Origin: an uncultured bacterium
GTDB taxonomy: Bacteria > Acidobacteriota > Thermoanaerobaculia > Multivoradales > JAHZIX01
Direction of reading: 5' to 3'
DNA: 29,745 bases
NCBI GenBank assembly: GCA_965368975.1
Contig: CBDUPA010000038.1
Coordinates: 1 to 29,745 of the forward strand
The notes beneath the pieces were generated by a model, which searched no databases, had not been told where the DNA came from, and saw only the letters and a list, made by a program, of their open reading frames with translations. The translations under genes were made by a program, and so were the position numbers. Below are positions 1 to 8,464 of the stretch, in pieces (within the stretch, counting starts at the first letter, position 1; each line of letters begins with the position of its first letter).

Positions 1-1
1 T

Positions 2-2947
2 GTTCGGGCCGGTCTCGCCATCGCGGCGGCGCAAGAGTTGACCGCGACTGTTGTAGGACGGATAGACGACCAGCCCACCACCAGCCGAGCCGAGTTCAGG
101 GTGGCGCTCGGAGGTCAGCAGGCCGGCACCATCGTAGAGGAAGCGACGCGTCTGCACGCCCTGGATGACCTTGGTCAGTCTGCCGGCGGGATCATAGCTG
201 TACTGAGTCGACTCCAACTCAGGCGTCGAGGCGACGCTCTGCTCGCGGGCTTGCCATAGGCGGCCTTGACGATCGTAGACTTCGACGCGGCGGGCTCGGG
301 TGGTCAGCAGATTGCCCTGCGCATCGCGGCCGGTGGCGATGTCGGTCAGGCGCACTACCTTGCCGACGCCGTCGTAGTCGAGCTTGGTCTCGCTGCCGTC
401 GGGATTGCGCAGGGTCTGCGGACGGCCGAAGGGGTCGTAGTCGCGGAACTGCGTCAGCTGGAACTGGCGGTTCCAGGTCGAGACGGAGGTGCGATTTCCC
501 AGGGCGTTGTAGGTCGTGAACCGCGTCGACCACTGCGGGGAATGAGAGAGGCCGGCAGGCATGTAGCGACGCTCACGCTCGACACGCCCGAAGCCGTCGA
601 AGCGCAGACCGGTCGCGAACAGAGCGGAGGTCGTGTTGGAACCCGCGTACTGGGTGATCGTGACTTCCATGGGGTTGATCGCCCACGTGTACTTGATCCA
701 ACCGTCGACGGGCACCCCAGCAGGGCCGCCCGGTTTCTCGAAGGTGCGCCGGTGGGCGCGGTCGTACTCGAGGTCGACCCACAGGCCGGAAGTGTCGTAG
801 ACACGCTTGATCAGGCCGCTGGCACAGTCGACGTCCTGGTGCTCGACCAGGAACGGCAGGTCATTGCCGGCGGTATCGACGAAAACGGCCTTCGTGCGCA
901 CGCCGCAAGCGGCGTTCTCGTAACTCAGCTCGAACTCAGCCGCACCCAAGTCGGCCGTGCACCAGCCGTCACCCGTGGGGAGGTTGTCCTCGCTGTCGCC
1001 GCCGTGGCTTTCTTCGCCGGCCAGGTTGCCGTCGGCGTCGGCGCTGTAGACGGTCACCAGGTCGGAAGACGAGCGCGTCAGGCCGGAGCGTAGGCGTCGG
1101 TGACGCTGCAGGAAACCGGTGTCGGCGTCATGGCAGTACTCTTCTCGGATCGATGCGCCGCTCTCGCTCACCGTGCGCCGATCGAACAGGCCGAGCAGCC
1201 ACGGTGCGGTCTTGACGGGCGGGGTGAAACCACCCGGTGCCGCGGCGCTGTAGGTGCCAGCGTTGGGGTTGAAGCGGGTCGTCGTCGTGCGCACGTTGCC
1301 CGCGTCGAAGTTGCCACCGGTGGTGGCGGTGCGGTAGTGGCCGAGGCCGTCGAAGTCGCTGAAGGTGACGTCGGCATGGCGCGGCGTCGAGGTATCCGGT
1401 CCGTCATCGTGGAAGACGCTGCGCGTCGAGGCGACGCGCGCGTTGGCGTACGAGCACTTGGGAAAATCGCCTGGGCATGCCTTGGCTGTGCCACCCTCGT
1501 AACGCACGTAGGTCGAGCGCAGCACGGTTCCGTCCGCGTCGGTGGTGCGGGTCGATAGGAAGCGCGTGCCGGTATCGTCGGCTTCGTAGCGACTCAGCGG
1601 CAGCCCGAACTCGTCGGCGTCGAAGGCCGGTGTCGGGTTGATGCCACCCGAGAAGACCGAGAAGAAGTGCTCCGTCTGGTGGCCCAGCGGATCAACGACG
1701 GTGACCGTCAGCTCGCGCGAGCGCTGTTGGCCGCAGCCCGGCGGGCTCGGCGACGGGGGCATATCGAGCTGCGGGGTGAAGGTCCAGTCACCGTCGAGTT
1801 GGCCGCTTCCCAGACCGTAGACGCGTCGAGCCCGGACACCCCAGTTACCTTGCGTGAAGGTCAGCGCTTCCGGGTCGGTGGCCAGCTCCCAATAGGCGTA
1901 GTCCCACTCGATACGGCCACCGGTCGGTAGGGTCAGCGAGCCGAGTTTGCCGACACGCGGATCGTTGCACAGGCCTGTGCCAAATCCCTGATGAATGTAG
2001 GCATAGTCGCCGGGCAAGTAGACCGTCCCATCGGGACGCGTGACCGAGATCAGCAGCGGCACGGTGACGTCGAGGTCTTGGTCTTCGTGCGGGCAGGGCT
2101 TGATCACCCGGTTGTTTGCGTACGAGAAGTCGTACGTCGCCCAGCTCCTCCCGCTAGCTCCTGAGCCAGGCTGCGCGAAGACCTCCAGCTCGACCTTGTC
2201 GATCACCTCGTCGTAGTAGGATGAGGAGGGCTCGAAGTGAATGAAGTGCTGGCGGTGACCATCGCTGAGCGTCCACTTGCTGGCACCGTTGGTCGTGGTG
2301 CCGTAGCTAACGCTCAGGGTGTTACCGAAGGCGTCGCGGATCGATGTCAGGCGCCAGCTATCTCCGGCAGGGGTGAACCGGTGGACACTGCCGTCCGGGT
2401 GGTGCACCTCGCGCACGCTCGCCGACACCTCGACCAGGCGTAGATACGAGCTATTGCGCGTGTACGAGACGCCCGACGCCTGGCTCTGGTTGTCATTGCC
2501 GTGCAGGTTGGGAAAGAAGCTGTGCTCGCTACCGTCGGCGGCCAGGTAGACCCAGTTCGCTGTGCTGTTGGCGGCCGAGTAAGGCGGACGTAGCTCGCCC
2601 AGCGTCAGCTGCCAGCCCAGACCAGCATTGAAGCCGGCGCCGGGGCTGGCGATGGGGCAATCCGGGTCGCAGCCCGTCTGGACGTCGAAGTCCCAGACGG
2701 TCGAGTTGTAGACCAGCGACAGGCTGTAGCTGAAACCGCCACCCACCGGATAGCTGCCGCCGATGGGCAAAGCAAGCGTCAGGTTGCCGTTGAAGCGATT
2801 GACGCTGTCGAGCTCACCCAGGTCATAGACCTTCGATGGCTGGTAGCCGCGGGCGCGAACGGCAGATTCGGTGGCGGAGAGGGATGAGGAGACGAGCAGG
2901 CAGAAGCCGACGAGCAGGCAAGGCAGAGATCGAGACAGCTGGGGCAT
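2..2947 (-). CDS. Rhs/YD-repeat protein with N-terminal signal peptide, partial (3' end outside window, >=982 aa)
   Basis: Manual minus-strand translation from ATG at 2947 gives MPQLSRSLPCLLVGFCLLVSSSLSA (signal-like), then LDSVNRFNGNLTLALPIG...YSLSLVYNS and GLGWQLTLG. YD repeats follow near the edge: FDGFGRVER, YNALGNRTSV, YDPFGRPQTLRNPDG, YDRQGRL, YSYDPAGRLTKV, YDGAGLLTSERHPE. The frame is consistent at spot checks down to base 2. It is absent from the ORF track, probably because no stop falls in the window. Confidence 0.9.
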   Translation of the reverse strand, partial: MPQLSRSLPCLLVGFCLLVSSSLSATESAVRARGYQPSKVYDLGELDSVNRFNGNLTLALPIGGSYPVGGGFSYSLSLVYNSTVWDFDVQTGCDPDCPIASPGAGFNAGLGWQLTLGELRPPYSAANSTANWVYLAADGSEHSFFPNLHGNDNQSQASGVSYTRNSSYLRLVEVSASVREVHHPDGSVHRFTPAGDSWRLTSIRDAFGNTLSVSYGTTTNGASKWTLSDGHRQHFIHFEPSSSYYDEVIDKVELEVFAQPGSGASGRSWATYDFSYANNRVIKPCPHEDQDLDVTVPLLISVTRPDGTVYLPGDYAYIHQGFGTGLCNDPRVGKLGSLTLPTGGRIEWDYAYWELATDPEALTFTQGNWGVRARRVYGLGSGQLDGDWTFTPQLDMPPSPSPPGCGQQRSRELTVTVVDPLGHQTEHFFSVFSGGINPTPAFDADEFGLPLSRYEADDTGTRFLSTRTTDADGTVLRSTYVRYEGGTAKACPGDFPKCSYANARVASTRSVFHDDGPDTSTPRHADVTFSDFDGLGHYRTATTGGNFDAGNVRTTTTRFNPNAGTYSAAAPGGFTPPVKTAPWLLGLFDRRTVSESGASIREEYCHDADTGFLQRHRRLRSGLTRSSSDLVTVYSADADGNLAGEESHGGDSEDNLPTGDGWCTADLGAAEFELSYENAACGVRTKAVFVDTAGNDLPFLVEHQDVDCASGLIKRVYDTSGLWVDLEYDRAHRRTFEKPGGPAGVPVDGWIKYTWAINPMEVTITQYAGSNTTSALFATGLRFDGFGRVERERRYMPAGLSHSPQWSTRFTTYNALGNRTSVSTWNRQFQLTQFRDYDPFGRPQTLRNPDGSETKLDYDGVGKVVRLTDIATGRDAQGNLLTTRARRVEVYDRQGRLWQAREQSVASTPELESTQYSYDPAGRLTKVIQGVQTRRFLYDGAGLLTSERHPELGSAGGGLVVYPSYNSRGQLLRRRDGETGPN

Positions 2948-3056
2948 GGCGGAGGCTCCGAGAATGGAGATGAGCGGTAGGGGCAGCTTCCATCGTCGAG
3001 CCAAGCCAGGGAACGCTGGCTCGACGAGGCATCGTCGGTGTCCGGTAAGGCGATGG

Positions 3057-3767
3057 TTACGGAGCACTGGCTGGGGACCGGACGCGCTCTACGGCCACGG
3101 ACATCGTCATCGGGTCGACCACGACCACGACATCGCCCGGCTTGAGGCGATCCAATGCCGCCACAGCAGGTTCTGGTAGCTCCGGCCGAACCGGGACGCC
3201 AGCCAGATCTACCCGCACCGTGCCGTTGGCCGGACCATCCTCGTCCAGATCGCCCCCATCAACCACGCGTGCACCCCATGCACCTTCGACTCCTCGCGAC
3301 ACCAGAACGTGAACGCGGCCTCGAGGAATGTCCATGCTCGCCCCTTCGCTCTCGAGGGGAGCAAGCTCTAGCCATCGCAAGGGGTAGCCGTCGGGCGAAG
3401 TCACCGCTACATCGCCCTGGCGATCGATCGCGACCCAGATCGAACGCCAAGGTAACCCGTCCTCCAGCACCAACTCGACCTGACCGTCGCGGTCGTCGTC
3501 GTGAAGCACGTGGAGCTCTTGATGGCGCACGGAGTAGTCGCCTTGCGGGAGGTGAGCCACCTCCTGCAGCAGGACTTCCGAGCCAGGAGTCACTCCGGAC
3601 ACCTCGACCGTCGTCGACGTCAAGGTGATCTCCGGCAGCGGCGCACCTCCCTGGGCAAAGAGCCCGCAAGGCAGCAGCGCAAGGAGCAGCAGGGAGCTAC
3701 CTGTGCCACGCAGCGAGGCAATCGAGGTAGCCGGGCGGGAGCGGAATCGGTGTAGTGTCAACATCAC
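3057..3767 (-). CDS. Hypothetical exported protein (~236 aa), upstream of and co-oriented with the Rhs gene
   Basis: Natural-looking composition with a basic N-terminus, hydrophobic stretch (SSLLLLALLPCGLFAQ) and beta-rich body with acidic loops (HDDDRDG, DGGDLDEDG). It ends 109 bp before the Rhs start. The start could be GTG 3767 or ATG 3764. Confidence 0.75.
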   Translation of the reverse strand: MMLTLHRFRSRPATSIASLRGTGSSLLLLALLPCGLFAQGGAPLPEITLTSTTVEVSGVTPGSEVLLQEVAHLPQGDYSVRHQELHVLHDDDRDGQVELVLEDGLPWRSIWVAIDRQGDVAVTSPDGYPLRWLELAPLESEGASMDIPRGRVHVLVSRGVEGAWGARVVDGGDLDEDGPANGTVRVDLAGVPVRPELPEPAVAALDRLKPGDVVVVVDPMTMSVAVERVRSPASAP

Positions 3768-3916
3768 CAGAGTAGACGGACCGATTCCAGGAATTTCGTG
3801 CCAGCGGGCACCGATCTAAGGACGAATGTACGGATCCCTAGAACCGAAGATGAACCTGTCAAGAGGAGCTGGCGAATTGGAGCGGTCAGCGCTCCGCGAA
3901 GATCGCCGCGACCACG

Positions 3917-3931
3917 GCGAGTTTTGTGCCA
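3917..3931 (-). promoter_or_regulatory. Candidate sigma-54 (-24/-12) promoter for the exported protein/Rhs genes
   Basis: Minus strand reads TGGCACAAAACTCGC, i.e. GG-N10-GC with TGGCAC, ~150 bp upstream of 3767. The -12 element is TCGC rather than TTGC. Confidence 0.4.
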
Positions 3932-4097
3932 CGAAGACCGTCGCGAACAGCGCAGCGCATGAGGGCGTCCACGGCTGCTTACCAGACCGGACCGTCACGC
4001 CCTTGCATGAGACTTCATGCCAGCAGGCCCCGATGGAGTCCCGCTCAGCAGGATCTCACTCAAGCACTGAACAACTGTAAAAAACTAAGTCATTATG

Positions 4098-4153
4098 GAT
4101 CAAGAGGTTGCGCCATGCACAGAGATTGCTCAATAACTACTAACCACCTGATT
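4098..4153. promoter_or_regulatory. Candidate IHF-type sites in AT-rich intergenic DNA
   Basis: AATCAGGTGGTTA (minus, 4141-4153) matches WATCARNNNNTTR exactly. GATCAAGAGGTTG (plus, 4098-4110) has one mismatch. Confidence 0.35.
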
Positions 4154-4443
4154 ACGAATCAGCTGAGCTTGGAATTACAGGGAGTTGCAGTGGCTCACAA
4201 GAGAGCGCATATTTTGCCGCTAAGTACTGAAATGACTTGACTAGGAGTGCTTCAAGGGCTGTCAGGAGGCAGCGTGAAATTAACGTCCTGGAGGCCCCGT
4301 GTTTGGACCCACTTGTCCCGCCTGGGGCCCGAAAGAATCTTAGTCTCTGGCCTGTGGCAACCTCGCTGATGAGGTAGACTGCGTCTCTCCCCCCTCCTGC
4401 TTTCCCCGGCAACTGCCGGTTGGTTGAGGTTCCCCGATCTCCG

Positions 4444-7400
4444 ATGACTAGGCCTGACTCTCCGAGTATCGAATCCGTTGGTCCCTACAAGCTAGAAGAG
4501 AGGCTCGGTGCTGGCGGTATGGGGGAAGTGTACCGCGCCTGGGACACTGAGCTCGAGCGAGCTGTCGCCATCAAGCTGATCCTCGCCGAACAGACAGCGA
4601 GCCCGCAGATGCAGGAGCGATTCCGGCGCGAGGCCAAAGCTATCGCTCGGCTGGATCATCCGACGATCGTGCGCATTCACCACATCCAGAAGTGGCACGA
4701 TCACCACTGCATCGTCATGGAGCTGGTAGAAGGCAAGACACTGTCCCAACTCCTCAAGCGTGGTGGACCGATGCTGCCCGAGCAAGTGATCCCCTTACTG
4801 CGACAGATCGCCTCCGGCCTCACGGCTGCCCATGCGGAGAGCATCGTGCATCGCGATCTCAAGCCCGCCAATGTGATCGTGACACCAACGGGGCAAGCCA
4901 AGATCTTGGACTTCGGCATCGCCAAGCGAGTAGCAGGGCACGACGAATCGATCTCGGCTCCAGGCACCATCCTCGGTACCCTCCACACCATGTCGCCCGA
5001 ACAGGCCACGGGCCGGCCGGTCGATGGTCGCTCCGATCTCTTCTCCCTCGGTGCCCTGGCCTACGAACTGCTCACCGGCAACTCTCCCTTCCGTGGCGAC
5101 ACTCCCCAAGAAACCCTGGCCCGCGTGATCAGTCACCGGCCCCCTCAGGTTCGAGAGTTCGCCTTCAACGTGCCGGAAAGCCTCTCGCAGCTTATCGACC
5201 AGCTCTTGGAGAAGAATCCGGATCGACGCCCGTCGAGCGCCGTCGAGGTCGTAGCGACGTTAGATCGATGGACCAATGCCTCACCGGCCAGCCTCTCCGC
5301 TCTACCACCCAGGCGGCCGTCAGTTACCGAAGACTTAGGCCCCACCCTGGAGTACGGAGCCAACGCATCCGGGAATTCGAAGCCGGCCCCTGCCAGTCAG
5401 GCTCCGACAGCCCCCGACGCTGACGCCACCGACGGCGAGGCCGTTCCTGCGCCCCGTCACCGTCGCTGGATCGCCGCGGCTGTGGCCCTGGTGCTGCTGG
5501 CCACGATTACCGCGGCTGTATTCTGGTGGCTGCAACCCCCGCCCACCTACACTGTCGCCGTCCTGGGTATCGCCTTCGAGTCCGCAGATGAGGACACCAC
5601 CGACGCCTGGATCGGCACCGCCCTGTCAGAAGTCTTGACCCACCGCCTGCGCGCGCACCCCCAGCTGCGTGCCTTGCCCGGCGACCACGCCGCGCAGTTG
5701 CGCCGCGCAGCTGGCTCCCTGGAACCCAACCGCACCAGCCTCGCGGACTTGCGGAAGAACCTGCATCTTGGCATCGCCGATTTTGCCGTCACGGGGGTGT
5801 TGGAGGAAGACGACGGTGCCTTCAAGGTAGAACTAACGGTCCGAGATCTGCGGCGCGGCGAGGAGTACTCTCAGGACTTCGATGGACTGGTGTCGGTACT
5901 TCAGCCATTCTCGAAGCGAGTGAGCCTGGAGCTCGAAGAATGGATCGGCGTCGAGGACGTCCCGGATGAGGCGATGGATACCTGGGCGGGGCTCTTGCCA
6001 GCCAATGCAGAAGCGCTGCGTTTGTACACCGAAGGTTTGCGAGCCTGGAGAGCCGGTGACCTGATCGAGGCACGCGAGCGCATCGAGGATGCGCTCGTGG
6101 TAGCTCCGGAAGATCCCGCGTTGCACAACGCTCACGCTCTGATTCTTTGGGACTCTGGCTACCAAGAAACGGCAGCCACCGCAGCTAACAGAACTCTGGA
6201 GAACCTCGAGCTAGTCGGTTCTACCGCCCGCCTTCAGTTCAAATCCGAGTCTCATGCAGTCTTGAAGAACTGGATCAACGCGGCAGAGAGCTTTCGGCAG
6301 CTCCATGCTCTGCATCAAGACGAGTTCAACTTCGGCTTGCGGCGCGCTACGGCCTTGGCACATGACTTCGAGTCGGCAACCGCACTAGAGTTGCTACAGA
6401 AGCTGAGAGAGAAAGTTCCTTCACATGGTGAAGGTAGTTCAGTGCTCCTTGGTCATATCGATGTTTCTGAGTCTGCAGTTCGATATGACGAGAAGAAATT
6501 TGAGTCGGCCAAAGTCCTAGCTTCCCAGGCTTTGGTAGTCGGCAGAAGGACCCAGGCTCCGTGGCTCGAAGCTGATGCTCTGTTCGCCAAAGCAAAAGCT
6601 CTTGAACGAATAAGCGAACTAGACCAAGCACTAGCAGATCTCGATCGAGCTGAACAGCTCTATCGCCAGATGGGCAACCAGCGCGGCATGCTCAACTGTG
6701 CCATTCAGTACGCCATTGTTCTCAACAGCGCGGGTCGCCCACAGGAAGCACAGCAGCGCTTTGCTGTCTATCGCAGGTTCTTCGAGGAGCGAAACAATCC
6801 CTTGTACGTGGCAATTGTGAGTGTCAACCAAGCCAATACTCTGATCGACCTGGGTGAGTTGATTCAGGCACAAAACTTACTAGAGCAATCCGTTCAGACG
6901 TTTCGAGAGCATAACGAAATCAATTTTGAACTTGCAGCTTCAGAGTCGAATTTGGCGACAAGCTACCATGAGTCTGGTAACCTCCAACGAGCTCTGTACG
7001 GCTATAAGAAAGCAGAGACTTTGTTTCGTGAACTCGGTGAGGTCGACAGCCTATCAATTACCTTGACGAATATTGGTGAAGTACTGCTGTTGCAAGGAGA
7101 GCTCAAGGACGCACAGCAAAACTTCCGCAGTGCCTTAGACTTCGACAAAACCACGGAGGCAAGAGCCTACAACCTTCGACTCCTGGCAGAAGTTTCTTTC
7201 CTGCAAGCCGATCAACGGGCAACGGGGAATTTTCTCCTTGAGGCATCGGAACTGCAAACCGAAAACGAAATCCACCTAGCCCATACTCAGGTACAACAAG
7301 CTAGACTCGCCTTAGAGAAGCACAACCCCGGTGAAGCGGAAGCACTTGCCAAGGAGGCCGAGCAGCGCTTCTTGAATGCTGGGGAAAACGATTCTGTCAC

Positions 7401-7800
7401 TCTCGCCCAGATCGTCCGTACTTTGGCACTGCTCAACCGAAGACTGCCGGACATCGAAAGCGCCCGGGAACTCAACGGCCAGATTCAGCTTCAGGCTTCC
7501 AGCAGCCAGAAGCGCAGCCCTCGTTTTCAAGCTACTCTCCTGGACGCACAGGTTCGCGCCCGTGAGCAGGACGCTCAACTGCCAGAGTTGCGTAACCAAC
7601 TGCTCGACTTGGCTCTCCGCTCGGAAGCCGACGGCTACGCCCTCGACGCCCACCGCGCCCGGCTGGCACTGGGCGAGTTCGAGCTAGAACTGGGCGACGA
7701 AGCTGCAGGCCAAGCCCGGCTCGAAAAGCTGCGCGCCGAAGCGGCGTCGCGCGGCTGGATCTTGTTCGAAGAGCAGGCGGCGCGCCGCCTCGGGCGTTGA
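4444..7800 (+). CDS. Membrane-anchored Hanks-type Ser/Thr protein kinase with extracytoplasmic TolB-N-like and TPR region
   Basis: All catalytic motifs are present: LGAGGMGEVY, VAIK, RFRREA, HRDLKPAN, DFG, MSPEQ, RSDLFSLG. A Pro/Ala linker leads to a TM helix (WIAAAVALVLLATITAAVFWWL, ~5467-5532), then a VAVL motif and TPR-like helices (SNLATSYHESGNLQRALYGYKKA, TNIGEVLLLQGELKDAQQNFRSAL). ATG 4444 is preferred over TTG 4420. Confidence 0.93.
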   Translation: MTRPDSPSIESVGPYKLEERLGAGGMGEVYRAWDTELERAVAIKLILAEQTASPQMQERFRREAKAIARLDHPTIVRIHHIQKWHDHHCIVMELVEGKTLSQLLKRGGPMLPEQVIPLLRQIASGLTAAHAESIVHRDLKPANVIVTPTGQAKILDFGIAKRVAGHDESISAPGTILGTLHTMSPEQATGRPVDGRSDLFSLGALAYELLTGNSPFRGDTPQETLARVISHRPPQVREFAFNVPESLSQLIDQLLEKNPDRRPSSAVEVVATLDRWTNASPASLSALPPRRPSVTEDLGPTLEYGANASGNSKPAPASQAPTAPDADATDGEAVPAPRHRRWIAAAVALVLLATITAAVFWWLQPPPTYTVAVLGIAFESADEDTTDAWIGTALSEVLTHRLRAHPQLRALPGDHAAQLRRAAGSLEPNRTSLADLRKNLHLGIADFAVTGVLEEDDGAFKVELTVRDLRRGEEYSQDFDGLVSVLQPFSKRVSLELEEWIGVEDVPDEAMDTWAGLLPANAEALRLYTEGLRAWRAGDLIEARERIEDALVVAPEDPALHNAHALILWDSGYQETAATAANRTLENLELVGSTARLQFKSESHAVLKNWINAAESFRQLHALHQDEFNFGLRRATALAHDFESATALELLQKLREKVPSHGEGSSVLLGHIDVSESAVRYDEKKFESAKVLASQALVVGRRTQAPWLEADALFAKAKALERISELDQALADLDRAEQLYRQMGNQRGMLNCAIQYAIVLNSAGRPQEAQQRFAVYRRFFEERNNPLYVAIVSVNQANTLIDLGELIQAQNLLEQSVQTFREHNEINFELAASESNLATSYHESGNLQRALYGYKKAETLFRELGEVDSLSITLTNIGEVLLLQGELKDAQQNFRSALDFDKTTEARAYNLRLLAEVSFLQADQRATGNFLLEASELQTENEIHLAHTQVQQARLALEKHNPGEAEALAKEAEQRFLNAGENDSVTLAQIVRTLALLNRRLPDIESARELNGQIQLQASSSQKRSPRFQATLLDAQVRAREQDAQLPELRNQLLDLALRSEADGYALDAHRARLALGEFELELGDEAAGQARLEKLRAEAASRGWILFEEQAARRLGR

Positions 7801-7812
7801 CGACGCGCCGCC
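7776..7812. terminator. GC-rich hairpin at the convergence of the kinase and the paralog stub
   Basis: GGCGGCGCG (7776-7784) and CGCGCCGCC (7804-7812) form a perfect 9-bp inverted repeat spanning the kinase stop codon. Confidence 0.45.
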
Positions 7813-7822
7813 CGCGTTTCCC

Positions 7823-8093
7823 TCACATCGGTTCGGGATAGACGCCAGACCACTTGGAAAGACTATTGCTTTCGTAGTCGTCCGCGAGCAGGCTATTGCT
7901 AGCCGGCGCGTTCGTTTCCAGAGCTTCTGGCAAACGCAAGTCCAGCCCAGCGCCCGACGCATCTTCGCCAACCAGTGGCGTGTACTCCGCCCAGGCGACA
8001 TTGCCGCGATTGTCAACGGCTTGCAGATAGTAGGCCAGCCCAGCGCCCGGTACGATCCCGAGTTCGCCTTCCCAGCGACCAGAGGTCTCGTTG
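7823..8093 (-). pseudogene. C-terminal remnant of a paralog of the giant surface protein
   Basis: NETSGRWEGELG...YYLQAVDNRGNVAW...GLDLRLPEALE...LLADDYESNSLSKWSGVYP aligns by eye with the giant protein's SEESGRWEGYLP...YFLQAVDKKGNVSF...GIDLGLPNPVE...LLSDDFEGRDLSKWTAVHP. Homology begins at the IS left end. Confidence 0.88.
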
Positions 8094-8155
8094 TGACCTT
8101 GCCCGGGTTTGGCGGACACCTATGAAAGGCGCGAGAATGCGCCATGGAGGTGTCG

Positions 8156-8464
8156 ATGCCGAAGAGGAAACGCCGTACGTTTACAACGGAAGAGAAGGCT
8201 GAAGCGGTGAGATTGGTCCAGAGTAGTGGTCGCAGCGTCTACCGTGTAGCTCAGGACTTAGATCTGACTGAGACAGCGCTTCGGCGCTGGGTGCAGCAGG
8301 CCAAGGTCGATGCAGGTGAAGGCTCCGCAGGTGAGCTGACGAGTGATGAGCGCGAGGAGCTGCGCAAGCTACGGCGCGAGAATCGGCGCCTGCGCATGGA
8401 GCGTGACTTCTTAAAAGAAGCCACGGCCTTCTTCGCCCGCGACAGCTCGAGCTTGCCAGAGTGA
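8156..8464 (+). CDS. IS3-family transposase OrfA (HTH plus leucine-zipper-like coil)
   Basis: RRTFTTEEKAEAVRLV...VAQDLDLTETALRRWV...ELRKLRRENRRLRMERDFLKEATAFF. GGAGG at 8146-8150 precedes ATG 8156. Confidence 0.92.
   Translation: MPKRKRRTFTTEEKAEAVRLVQSSGRSVYRVAQDLDLTETALRRWVQQAKVDAGEGSAGELTSDEREELRKLRRENRRLRMERDFLKEATAFFARDSSSLPE

Noticed and set aside
38-2549. Plus-strand ORFs such as 266-1093 (275 aa) and 1100-1558
   Set aside because: Antisense shadows of the minus-strand Rhs gene, expected in GC-rich DNA; no motifs of their own.
3789-3803. TGGCACGAAATTCCT (minus) as a sigma-54 promoter
   Set aside because: Good -24 element but no GC at the -12 position.
7823-8119. 98-aa ORF as an independent gene
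   Set aside because: Its GTG start and first nine codons lie inside the IS left inverted repeat; the rest is the paralog's C-terminal stub.
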